This document shows, one piece after another, positions 36,794-45,661 of a stretch of DNA of 64,000 nt. The DNA is from a virus (lineage: Duplodnaviria; Caudoviricetes). Numbering within the stretch: the stretch's first letter is position 1; each line of letters opens with the position of its first letter. The position numbers were made by a program, and so were the translations under genes. The notes under the pieces are model-generated. The model saw only the letters and a list, made by a program, of their open reading frames with translations. It was not told the origin of the DNA and made no database searches. The stretch is from positions 1 through 64,000 of IMG/VR virus record IMGVR_UViG_3300014204_000113; one strand, 5' to 3'.

Positions 36794-37984
36794 ATGGAAC
36801 CAAAACCCGGCACCAAAGTAAAGTTATTAAAAACAAGTCGATTCTATAATCAAGCGCCTGATGAAATTGGAATAATTGTTGAAAGTGTATATGTTGATGA
36901 CCCTGATACTGATTGGTGCAAAGTACAATTTCCAAATAAAACAGACGCATATCGTTTCAGAGGAGAAGGAATAGACTTGGAATTAGCTGAAAAATGGACT
37001 TATAAAAAAGTTGGTGAATTAAAACCAAAAGATTTGGAAGATGAACAACCGACTTCTTGTGTATATAAGGATGGAATAGTCTTATTGTTACCAAAGAAGT
37101 TTTATGAACTATTTGAAGAAAAACAAGTTGAAATTACCGGACAAATAATTTCTTCTCATTGGGGGTGGCCAGCTAATGGGAAATTCCGTTTCATAAAAGA
37201 AGGTTGGCGTGGTTATTGGTATAATAAAGAAAAAGAATTTCTTGACGACCTTTTAAAAGCAATTGCCATCGCTAATGAAGAACCTTTTACTGAAATAAAA
37301 GAAGAAAACACATTGGAAAAAGCAATAATGGAAAAAGCAAAACAAGAACAGGAAGAAATTGATTTAAAAGAATCAAGGAACAGGTATGCAAAAGAATGTA
37401 CAAAAAGATTAAAAAACAAGAGACAAGAATATGAAAAAAGAATTAAAGAATATGAAGAAGAAACAAAAGAAATTTCTCGGCGCTTAGTTGAATTGACTAG
37501 GAATATTGATGAAAATAAAAGGATGGTTTTTGGTTTAAACGATCAAAAAGACCAACTTGAAAGATATAAAGAAGAATATGACAAGTTATCAGAACTGCCC
37601 CATGTTAGGAAAGTTTTGGTAAAAAATGAGAAAATAACAGTATTCACCGACACAATATATTTATCTTACGAAAATGAAACCTATGAATTAGGTGAATATC
37701 AAATAAATTTTGAAGGACAAGTTAGAATAATTAACGAAAGACCTATATTTAACCCAACCCATGGCACTAATGGACAATGGTTTCATCATCCCCATGTTTT
37801 TGAAAAAGATGGAAGCAATACTTGTTTGGGAAATATTACAGCAGGAATTCGTGAATTAGTAGGAAAATATGAATATGCAATAGCCACTGCAATTCTGATT
37901 GATTTTTTACATACTTGCAAATATCCTCATTATTTACAAAGGAATTGGAAGCCAATGGAGAAAAAGGAGGCATTATGGGCCTAA
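36794..37984 (+). CDS. E2-like paralogue 2 (different N-terminal domain, coiled coil)
   Basis: YAKECTKRLK..LPHVRKVLV..HHPHVFEKDGSNTCLGNI; clearly similar to the C-half of 32066. Confidence 0.7.
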   Translation: MEPKPGTKVKLLKTSRFYNQAPDEIGIIVESVYVDDPDTDWCKVQFPNKTDAYRFRGEGIDLELAEKWTYKKVGELKPKDLEDEQPTSCVYKDGIVLLLPKKFYELFEEKQVEITGQIISSHWGWPANGKFRFIKEGWRGYWYNKEKEFLDDLLKAIAIANEEPFTEIKEENTLEKAIMEKAKQEQEEIDLKESRNRYAKECTKRLKNKRQEYEKRIKEYEEETKEISRRLVELTRNIDENKRMVFGLNDQKDQLERYKEEYDKLSELPHVRKVLVKNEKITVFTDTIYLSYENETYELGEYQINFEGQVRIINERPIFNPTHGTNGQWFHHPHVFEKDGSNTCLGNITAGIRELVGKYEYAIATAILIDFLHTCKYPHYLQRNWKPMEKKEALWA

Positions 37985-38469
37985 TGGAATTGATCGCAGA
38001 AGGATTAGATGTTTCTGGAAGTTATTTTGATTGGAATAGTTTGCCTGTAGTTGAAAGAAAAGTAGTTTTGGTTGAACCAGAAAAATTCATTCATATGACA
38101 AACAGGGAAATGAAGTCAATTTTGAACAATTCTCTTGTAGAAAAAGTAGAAGAGAACAATTCATGCTATGGAATCGTTGCCCACATAAAGCCATTCACCA
38201 TCAAATATGCTGCCTATTTTGGAAAAGAACCAATGGAAATGAATAATGGTTGCAGAATTTTACTGAGAACAAGAGGAAAAGGTCCAATGGTAAAATTTTA
38301 TCATTATAGATATCCAGAAAGAATTGGTCATCATTATAATGTAAGGACAAATGGGGGTGTTTGTTTGAGAAATCTTGAAAAACCAATTTCTAAACTGCTC
38401 AAAGCAAAAGAATACGCGGTAGCACTTAGTTTGTTAATTGAATTTATCCAAGTATTTAATGGAGCATAA
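37975..38469 (+). CDS. E2-like paralogue 3
   Basis: GHHYNVRTNGGVCLRNL..EYAVALSLLIEFI. Confidence 0.55.
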   Translation: MGLMELIAEGLDVSGSYFDWNSLPVVERKVVLVEPEKFIHMTNREMKSILNNSLVEKVEENNSCYGIVAHIKPFTIKYAAYFGKEPMEMNNGCRILLRTRGKGPMVKFYHYRYPERIGHHYNVRTNGGVCLRNLEKPISKLLKAKEYAVALSLLIEFIQVFNGA

Positions 38470-38499
38470 ATCAACCAACTAAATAAGGAGGAACAAAAA

Positions 38500-38949
38500 A
38501 TGCCAAGGTATCGAGTAACGGAAAAGATTTATCGCGATTTGGAAGTGAAGCAATACGGCATCCAAGTGTTTGACGTGGAGGCTGATAACGAAGGTGAAGC
38601 TAAAGAGATGTCTTCAGATGAAGGCGAATTGGTCTCTGAAACTTGGGAACCTGTAGCACAAGAAAAAATGGAAGAAGCCATAAAAGAAGCTGATGAAGAT
38701 GATTATCATGACTATGACGAAAACATCAGCGTCGTCCAAATTGGTGGTTCTTCCACAGACCATATGTTTGTCAAAGTGGTCTACAAAGGCAAAGTGGATG
38801 AAGTGATGATTTCTCGCGGTGGCGTCATCAGGGAAGCGTTAGGTGCCGCGAATATCTCTTCAAGAGATGTCATCAACCTCACTGTCACCGGCATCGCTTG
38901 TTGTCTGGATACTGAATTGCGCCCCGATGACATGGTTTATGTGGACTGA
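38500..38949 (+). CDS. acidic domain fused to a GG-less ubiquitin-like domain
   Basis: C-terminal MFVKVVYKGKVDEV..TVTGIACCLDTELRPDD matches 34968-35153. Confidence 0.75.
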   Translation: MPRYRVTEKIYRDLEVKQYGIQVFDVEADNEGEAKEMSSDEGELVSETWEPVAQEKMEEAIKEADEDDYHDYDENISVVQIGGSSTDHMFVKVVYKGKVDEVMISRGGVIREALGAANISSRDVINLTVTGIACCLDTELRPDDMVYVD

Positions 38950-38951
38950 TT

Positions 38952-38983
38952 TAATGGGGTCGTATTAAGCGACCCCATTATTT
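38952..38983 (+). terminator. intrinsic terminator
   Basis: TAATGGGGTCG/CGACCCCATTA. Confidence 0.7.
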
Positions 38984-39016
38984 AACTAAAAGGAGGAAAA
39001 ATATGATATTGAAGTT

Positions 39017-40276
39017 TTGAAAGTTGTTCTAGAAGAAGAAATGCAATCAACATTCGCAATCAAAGGTGTCCGCAAAGATAAGAATTTTAAACCTAACTAT
39101 AAGACAATTGATAAAATAAAATCAAAATATGATTCTGTCTATCTTGAAATATCAGATTACAACATTAACAAAACCCAACTAAATACAGGATACACTAGCA
39201 GAAGTTTTTTGTCTAATGGCTCTAACATTTTCTATATGGCACCAACTATGGCACCAGTGGACTATAATCCTCAATTTCCTAACTACCTTGAACATCCAGA
39301 AACTTGTTTTGAATATTATCGCCAAAGAGGAATAACCCATCTGATAGGCGAAGAAAAATACATGGGAAGCAGAGCAGAATTGCTCATATTTAAAGACAAA
39401 GAAAAAGCAAATATGATGGGATATGAACATCCAGTAATTGTCAATTCTCGCTCTGGTTATGAATTTTTTGATGATGAAGAAACTAAAAATAAAATTCACG
39501 ATGATATAAAAGATAAAATGAAGGGAATATGTGACTTCATCATATTAGATGCTGAAATCATGCCCTGGAATTATAAGGCTGATAAATTAATAATAAAAGA
39601 ATTTCTTTCACCTATAGAATCAACTTTGCTATCAAGAAAATATACTGATAAAGGTTCATTAGAAAATGCATGGAAGGCTTTGCTTTCGCTTGGAAGGTTT
39701 TCAAAAGAATCACCAATTGAAATAAGACCTTTTCATATATTGGCAAAAGGCAGTGTCGTTGAAAAGAAAGGAAAAAGAATATTTTCAAATGTTGAAGTTG
39801 GTTTTTTAAAAAATCATATTCAACATATGACAGAAATCGAATCTCTTACAAAGAATGGAATTATTTTTAAACCTTGTAAATGGCATTGTTTTGATTTGAA
39901 TGACCAATATCTAAGAAACGAATCTATTAAAAAATGGGAAGAATTTTGCCAAATAGGTGAAGGTTTTGTTTATAAACCTTATGATTTCTTAAATTATGCG
40001 CCCAATTACCACCTGATTCAACCTGCTATGAAAGTCAGAGGCAAAGAATATTTGAGGATAATTTATGGAATTGACTATCTTGAACCTGAATGTTTTCAAA
40101 GACTTACCCATAGACACACCATAAGAAAGAGAATTTTGGCCATCCAAGAGCAAGAATTGGCAATAAAAATCTTGCTTTCCTTCCTGAAAGGGAATAGAAT
40201 AATGAAAGAAAAATTTGTGGCAGCTTTCATAGGAATGGAATCAGTAAACATGGCGAATATTGACGCTACGTTATAA
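39017..40276 (+). CDS. Pnkp-type RNA ligase (adenylyltransferase) domain, stand-alone
   Basis: LEHPETCFEYY, EEKYMGSRA, ILDAEIMPW, EGFVYKP, QPAMKVRGKEYLRIIYG. Confidence 0.85.
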   Translation: MKVVLEEEMQSTFAIKGVRKDKNFKPNYKTIDKIKSKYDSVYLEISDYNINKTQLNTGYTSRSFLSNGSNIFYMAPTMAPVDYNPQFPNYLEHPETCFEYYRQRGITHLIGEEKYMGSRAELLIFKDKEKANMMGYEHPVIVNSRSGYEFFDDEETKNKIHDDIKDKMKGICDFIILDAEIMPWNYKADKLIIKEFLSPIESTLLSRKYTDKGSLENAWKALLSLGRFSKESPIEIRPFHILAKGSVVEKKGKRIFSNVEVGFLKNHIQHMTEIESLTKNGIIFKPCKWHCFDLNDQYLRNESIKKWEEFCQIGEGFVYKPYDFLNYAPNYHLIQPAMKVRGKEYLRIIYGIDYLEPECFQRLTHRHTIRKRILAIQEQELAIKILLSFLKGNRIMKEKFVAAFIGMESVNMANIDATL

Positions 40277-40342
40277 TTATGCTAATAGTAACCATTATCA
40301 TAATAGCTTTACTTTTATCTATATTCCATAGTGAGTGAATAA

Positions 40343-40810
40343 ATGGCGTCGATTAAAAAATTAATGAAAATAGACAGAGAGATTTCAAATTGTATTGATG
40401 ATAGAGAAATCAATTTTATTGAAGCAGAGAATATAATCTCTACAATTTGTGAGAAACTTAATTTACCAAAGATGACAATTAAATTTTGTTTTTATGAAAA
40501 GAAAGCTGATTGGTTTTTGAGAAAATTATGCAGATTTTTCAACAAAGAAAAACTTTGTGATTTGTATGAAGAAAAAATAGGAAAAAGAAGATTAAGAGTT
40601 GGAGAAGCATATCATGAAATAAATTATATAGTATTATATTCTTCTGGTCAAAATATTAGTACACTATTGCATGAGATTGCTCACTTATTGCCAAATGGAG
40701 TTAATCATGGGAAGAATTGGATAAAGAATTTTAAAGAAGTAGTGAAAATATATAACAAGGAAATTTCAATATGCGCCTGTCGCCAAGCGGACATGGCAGA
40801 AGACTTCTAA
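40343..40810 (+). CDS. HEXXH zinc metalloprotease-like (SprT-type) protein
   Basis: TLLHEIAHLL..NHGKNW. Confidence 0.65.
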   Translation: MASIKKLMKIDREISNCIDDREINFIEAENIISTICEKLNLPKMTIKFCFYEKKADWFLRKLCRFFNKEKLCDLYEEKIGKRRLRVGEAYHEINYIVLYSSGQNISTLLHEIAHLLPNGVNHGKNWIKNFKEVVKIYNKEISICACRQADMAEDF

Positions 40811-40855
40811 TCTTCCGGGGAACCATCGGAGGTTCGAATCCTCCCAGGCGTGCCA
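40773..40855 (+). tRNA. tRNA-Arg(UCU)
   Basis: GCGCCTG/CAGGCGT acceptor stem, GAAGA-CTTCTAA-TCTTC anticodon arm, GGAGG-TTCGAAT-CCTCC T arm, encoded CCA. Confidence 0.9.
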
Positions 40856-40888
40856 TAATATAAATTCTCAAAGTTAAAGGATAAACGA

Positions 40889-41443
40889 ATGCACGAATTT
40901 GGATCGGGTCCAATCTTTGATGTTGGTGTTTATATCGGAAGATTTAATCCTATTCATAAAGGACATCAAAGAACAATTGAACAGATGATGTTTAATCACA
41001 CTATCAACCATTCTTTATTAATGATTGGTTCTCCAAATGTAAATCTTTCTTTAAGAAATTTATTTACATATAAAGAGCGTAGAGATTTTATAAAAGCAAT
41101 ATATCCAAATATTAGAATTGCTCCATTGCCAGATCAAATATCAGATGAAGATTGGTTTTCTTCACTAATAGATATAATTGAAATATCTTTTCCATTTTAT
41201 CATAATGTGAACATATATTGCGGAGATATTAAAGATTTAGAACACTTTAATTATCATAACAAAGCAACCGTAAAAATTATAGATAGATATGAAGAGCAAG
41301 TATATTCTGCTACAGAAGTAAGGCGTTGTATTATGATGGGTGAAATTGAACCACTAACTAAACTGATACATCTTGATTTATTATATCCAGTTTATGAGTT
41401 AGGAAGGAAAAGACTTGAAGAAATGTTAAGAGGAGAAAAATAA
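40889..41443 (+). CDS. NMN adenylyltransferase (NadM-like cytidylyltransferase fold)
   Basis: GRFNPIHKGH, IGS..NLFTYKER, SATEVR; in an operon with NAMPT. Confidence 0.85.
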   Translation: MHEFGSGPIFDVGVYIGRFNPIHKGHQRTIEQMMFNHTINHSLLMIGSPNVNLSLRNLFTYKERRDFIKAIYPNIRIAPLPDQISDEDWFSSLIDIIEISFPFYHNVNIYCGDIKDLEHFNYHNKATVKIIDRYEEQVYSATEVRRCIMMGEIEPLTKLIHLDLLYPVYELGRKRLEEMLRGEK

Positions 41444-42273
41444 TGGGCAAAGAACTTAAAGCAGAAAACTTAACTATTAGCGTCCCCAATGTGGGTTGTG
41501 ATAAAAACTGTCCTTATTGTGTAAGCAAAATGACTGGATATATAAAATCAGATATTGTTAAAATGAATATGAATATAAAAAAGGTTATAAATATTTCACA
41601 AATAGCTGAAGTTACTTCTGTCTTATTTACTGGTAAAGGAGAGCCAACTTTAAATTTTGAAGCAATAGAACAGCTTTCTTTCAATTTTAAAAATCTATTC
41701 CCATTAGAATTACAAACAAATGGGGTCTTTTTATCTAAAAATCTAAATAAAGTTGATTCTTTATTAATTCAAGGGTTTGATATAATAGCGATATCAATAG
41801 ATACAGAATTACAATTAGAAAATTATCAAAAGCTATTTAAAAAAATAATTGATTTAAATATGATTTGTAGATTAACCATCAACATCACAAATAAACTTGA
41901 TAAAGAATTCACATTTGAAAAGACGATAAAATATTGTACTGAAAATGGAATACAACAATTAACTTTAAGAAGAGTAGCAATCCCCCAAAAACCATTAGAT
42001 AAAAAAGTGGTTGGTTGGATCAAAGAAAACGCTCCTCTTGATTTATATGAAAATGTAATGAGGGATGTTTTTCTAATTATAAAAGAAAAAGGCAATTTAA
42101 TCAGAATATTAAATCAAGGGACAAAAATATATGATATTGATGGCGTTTCTTTTACTTACTCTGATTATTGTTTACAAGAAAAAGACAATGGAAATAATAT
42201 TCGATCATTAGTCTTTCAGGAAGATGGACATTTATACACTTCTTGGGCTTCTAAGGCGTCAATTTTATTTTAA
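41443..42273 (+). CDS. radical SAM protein
   Basis: CDKNCPYC, TGKGEPTL, LQTNG. Confidence 0.9.
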   Translation: MGKELKAENLTISVPNVGCDKNCPYCVSKMTGYIKSDIVKMNMNIKKVINISQIAEVTSVLFTGKGEPTLNFEAIEQLSFNFKNLFPLELQTNGVFLSKNLNKVDSLLIQGFDIIAISIDTELQLENYQKLFKKIIDLNMICRLTINITNKLDKEFTFEKTIKYCTENGIQQLTLRRVAIPQKPLDKKVVGWIKENAPLDLYENVMRDVFLIIKEKGNLIRILNQGTKIYDIDGVSFTYSDYCLQEKDNGNNIRSLVFQEDGHLYTSWASKASILF

Positions 42274-42285
42274 AGGAGAAAAATA

Positions 42286-43668
42286 ATGATAAATCAAATC
42301 TTAAATACAGACTCATACAAACTTTCTCATTTTCTTCAATATCCACCAAACACAGAACAAGTTTCTTGTTACGTAGAATCTAGAGGAGGAAGGTTTAATA
42401 GAACCTTATTTTTTGGCTTACAAATATTTCTAAAAGAATATATGACAAAATTTATAACTAAAGAAGATATTGAACTTGCTAATCTTTTTAGTTCTGAACA
42501 TGGAGAACCTTTCAACATGAAGGGTTTTTTGGAATTACAAGAGTTGGGTTATTGGCCTGTACAAATTCAAGCAATTCCAGAAGGAACAATTATTCAAACC
42601 AATAATGTGTTGGTTCAGATAACCAACACCGACCCTAGATTCTATTGGCTACCATCTTTTCTTGAAACAATGTTATTGAGAGGAGTTTGGTATCCAACTA
42701 CTGTGTGTACTTTATCTTGGATGTGTAAACAATTAATCAAAGATTTCATGTTAAAAACTTCTGATAATCCAGACGATATCAACTTCAAATTACATGATTT
42801 TGGAGCAAGAGGGGCATCTTCATTAGAAACTGCATCAATAGGTGGTTGTTCCCATTTGGTTAATTTCATGGGCACAGATACTATGGTTGGTATTTTAGCA
42901 GCACAAAAATATTACAATGCCAAAATGGTTGGTTTTTCAATTCCAGCCGCAGAGCACTCTACCATCACTTCTTGGGGTGGAGTGGAAGGTGAACTGGATT
43001 CTTACAAAAACATGTTAAATCAATTTGCCAAACCTGGAAAAATAGTAGCAGTAGTGTCTGATTCGTACGATATATTCAAAGCTATTAAAGAATTATGGGG
43101 AGGACATTTAAAAAATAAAATAATTGACTCAAAAGCCACTATAGTGATTCGACCTGATTCTGGAAATCCAGTAACAGTAGTTAGAGATGTAATCAAAGAA
43201 CTGATGAATGTTTTTGGATACGAAACTAACACTAAAAATTATGATGTTCTTCCACCATATATCAGAGTAATACAAGGAGACGGAATTGAATATGATTCTA
43301 TCTTTGATATTTTAACTGAGATGACTAATTGTAAATTATCAACAGATAATATATCTTTTGGTATGGGTGGTGCTTTGCTTCAAAATTTAGATAGAGATTT
43401 TTTAAAATTTGCAATGAAAACATCTGCTATTAAAATAAATGGTAATTGGATTGATGTTTATAAAGACCCTATAACAGATACTACTAAAAGGTCAAAAAAG
43501 GGTAGATTGGCTTTATGTAAGAATAATATCAATCAGTTTATCACAATTCGTGAAAATGAAGCAATTGCTTTTGGCGCAGAAAATCTGCTAAAAGATGTTT
43601 ATCTTAATGGGAAAATTCTTCGTGAATTTGAGTTTGAAGAAGTCAGAAAAAACGCTTCTGGAAATTAA
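42286..43668 (+). CDS. nadV: nicotinamide phosphoribosyltransferase
   Basis: TDSYKLSH, LHDFGARG, SIPAAEHS, VSDSYD, IRPDSG, IQGDG, FGMGGALLQ. Confidence 0.95.
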   Translation: MINQILNTDSYKLSHFLQYPPNTEQVSCYVESRGGRFNRTLFFGLQIFLKEYMTKFITKEDIELANLFSSEHGEPFNMKGFLELQELGYWPVQIQAIPEGTIIQTNNVLVQITNTDPRFYWLPSFLETMLLRGVWYPTTVCTLSWMCKQLIKDFMLKTSDNPDDINFKLHDFGARGASSLETASIGGCSHLVNFMGTDTMVGILAAQKYYNAKMVGFSIPAAEHSTITSWGGVEGELDSYKNMLNQFAKPGKIVAVVSDSYDIFKAIKELWGGHLKNKIIDSKATIVIRPDSGNPVTVVRDVIKELMNVFGYETNTKNYDVLPPYIRVIQGDGIEYDSIFDILTEMTNCKLSTDNISFGMGGALLQNLDRDFLKFAMKTSAIKINGNWIDVYKDPITDTTKRSKKGRLALCKNNINQFITIRENEAIAFGAENLLKDVYLNGKILREFEFEEVRKNASGN

Positions 43669-43697
43669 AAATCGCAACTTAAAAGGAGGAACAAATC

Positions 43698-44174
43698 ATG
43701 ATGGTATTCATAATTTTGGCAAGTACGCTTATTTTGACTGTTTCTTGGTTGTATTTCTTAAAAAAGTATGGAGAAGGAACATATAACGAAACAAACGTCA
43801 CAGATATTCTATTTGGTTTTTCTGTTGTAGGATGGATAATTTCAACATTTACTTTGGTCACATTGCTTATTGTCTATACACACCATGCAACAAACTTGGG
43901 CACCATTCGCCAAGGATATTCTGTAGTTAAAGTCCAACAAGATAGGTTAAATAGGTTAAGAACCGATTTGACGCTTGTAAATGATTCTATCAAACAAGGA
44001 AATGTGGCTTTAGTCAACTCTGACAGCCCTATTAAAAGTTTAATAGACCAAATTGCTTTGGCTGAAACTTCTGTAGCAGAAGCCAATCTTAAAATTGCTA
44101 ATGCAGAAGTTAGTATCGCTCAACGTAAAGCTGGACCAGGATATTTTATTGTTTCTTGGTTTGGAGACAAATAA
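43698..44174 (+). CDS. membrane protein with coiled coil
   Basis: two TM segments followed by a helical region. Confidence 0.7.
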   Translation: MMVFIILASTLILTVSWLYFLKKYGEGTYNETNVTDILFGFSVVGWIISTFTLVTLLIVYTHHATNLGTIRQGYSVVKVQQDRLNRLRTDLTLVNDSIKQGNVALVNSDSPIKSLIDQIALAETSVAEANLKIANAEVSIAQRKAGPGYFIVSWFGDK

Positions 44175-44322
44175 CTTATGGAGGAAATTCAATCAATTTA
44201 TATTGGTAATGGAAAATTTATTCAATCCACTTCTAATCATCAATTTCTAACTGAATTTGGTTATAAAGAATTGAAAGATTTATCACCAGAAGAAATTTCT
44301 AATATCAAACGAAGAGAGGAAA

Positions 44323-44817
44323 ATGACTATGAGAAAATTTAAGAAATTCATTTGTTTTATCACTGGCATAACTTTAGTCAGATATATAAAAAGAAGGATT
44401 GAATTAAAGAAAGAATTGGAATTGATTTCAACCTTTCCTAAAGTTAAAAGCTTTCTTTTCAAAAAGAAAAATTTAATTGTTAAAACAATGCCGATTAAGA
44501 TGGACGGACACTTATTGGGTGATTTTGAAATAATCATAAAAACAAAAAATATATATGATGTTTTAAATATTCAAAATTTAACTGGGAAAAGAAGAATAAG
44601 AGACTCAATATATCACCATCCACATATTTGGTCTAGTTGGATATTAAATACAGAACCAACCTTTTGTCTAGGGAATATTTCAGTAGAAGTAAAATGGTTA
44701 ATTCAAGAAAAAGAATATTCCGCAGTCGTTCTTCTTCTAATCCAGTTTTTAGAAGAAGGATATGGTTGGGAAGAATGGGAAAAAGAAGAATGTCTATCTC
44801 ATTGGCCTGAAATATAA
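44323..44817 (+). CDS. E2-like paralogue 4
   Basis: LGDFEI..HHPHIW..FCLGNI..EYSAVVLLLIQFL. Confidence 0.65.
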   Translation: MTMRKFKKFICFITGITLVRYIKRRIELKKELELISTFPKVKSFLFKKKNLIVKTMPIKMDGHLLGDFEIIIKTKNIYDVLNIQNLTGKRRIRDSIYHHPHIWSSWILNTEPTFCLGNISVEVKWLIQEKEYSAVVLLLIQFLEEGYGWEEWEKEECLSHWPEI

Positions 44818-44829
44818 AGGAGGAATAAA

Positions 44830-45405
44830 ATGTATAACTATTATGATTTTACAAATGATTGTACGATTGGATATTGGTCAGCAACAGAAAACTTTTTTAA
44901 ACCAGAACTAGTTAAAAAAATCGAACCTATTAAAATTGAATTGTCTGCAAATGATTTAGAAATCATAAGAAGTTTTTCTGAAATTCAAGAAATTTCTCTT
45001 CTTAAAGATAAATTATCAATACTAACCAACATAATAAATATGTCAAACCATGAATTAGGACAATATCAAATTGAAATTAATAAAACTTTTGAAAAATATG
45101 ATGCCATAAGCGCGATATACATCTGCAATCAAACAAGAACTGTAGATGTAGACAAGTTTCATGACACTAATGGAAGTTTTGTTTTCCACCATCCTCATAT
45201 CTGGGCAAGAGGAGATAATGTTAAAAACACGGAAATTTGTTTTGGTAATATAAAAGAATACATTGAAAAAATGTTGATAGCAAAAGAACCTATCGTATTA
45301 ATAAGCACAATTTTGGAATATCTCAAGAATGGCTATGGATGGCGTCATAACAAAAAAGAATACTTGAAGTGTTGGCCTGAAGTAAATTCTTCGCCTCGTC
45401 TATAA
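44830..45405 (+). CDS. E2-like paralogue 5
   Basis: ELGQYQI..HHPHIW..ICFGNI. Confidence 0.65.
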   Translation: MYNYYDFTNDCTIGYWSATENFFKPELVKKIEPIKIELSANDLEIIRSFSEIQEISLLKDKLSILTNIINMSNHELGQYQIEINKTFEKYDAISAIYICNQTRTVDVDKFHDTNGSFVFHHPHIWARGDNVKNTEICFGNIKEYIEKMLIAKEPIVLISTILEYLKNGYGWRHNKKEYLKCWPEVNSSPRL

Positions 45406-45431
45406 GAATGAGACGATTTTTTAAGGCGGAT

Positions 45432-45484
45432 GGTACAAAAATTTGAACTTTTGTCTTGCACTAAGGATTTCTAAATTCTATAAT
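45432..45484 (+). promoter_or_regulatory. operator plus promoter with the same architecture as the tnpB promoters
   Basis: GGTACAAAAATTTGAACT (identical to the tnpB1 operator)..TTGCAC-N17-TATAAT. Confidence 0.7.
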
Positions 45485-45661
45485 AAAGAAGGAAATTTAT
45501 GCGATAATTGCCTATACATATTGTGGTCTATTTTTTCTATACATACATAATATAGGAAAGGCTAAATTTATGCTAGTTTTGACTTGCGCTATCTATAAAA
45601 TTAAAGTAAAATTATAATAGAGGCTTTTATTTTAAAATAGATTTAGTCTAAAGTTTTTATA

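Noticed and set aside
37056-37076. TnpB3 guide match in gene 36794 (VYKDG vs VYKNQ)
   Set aside because: Similarity is confined to the AT-rich TAM-distal part and the differences are non-synonymous
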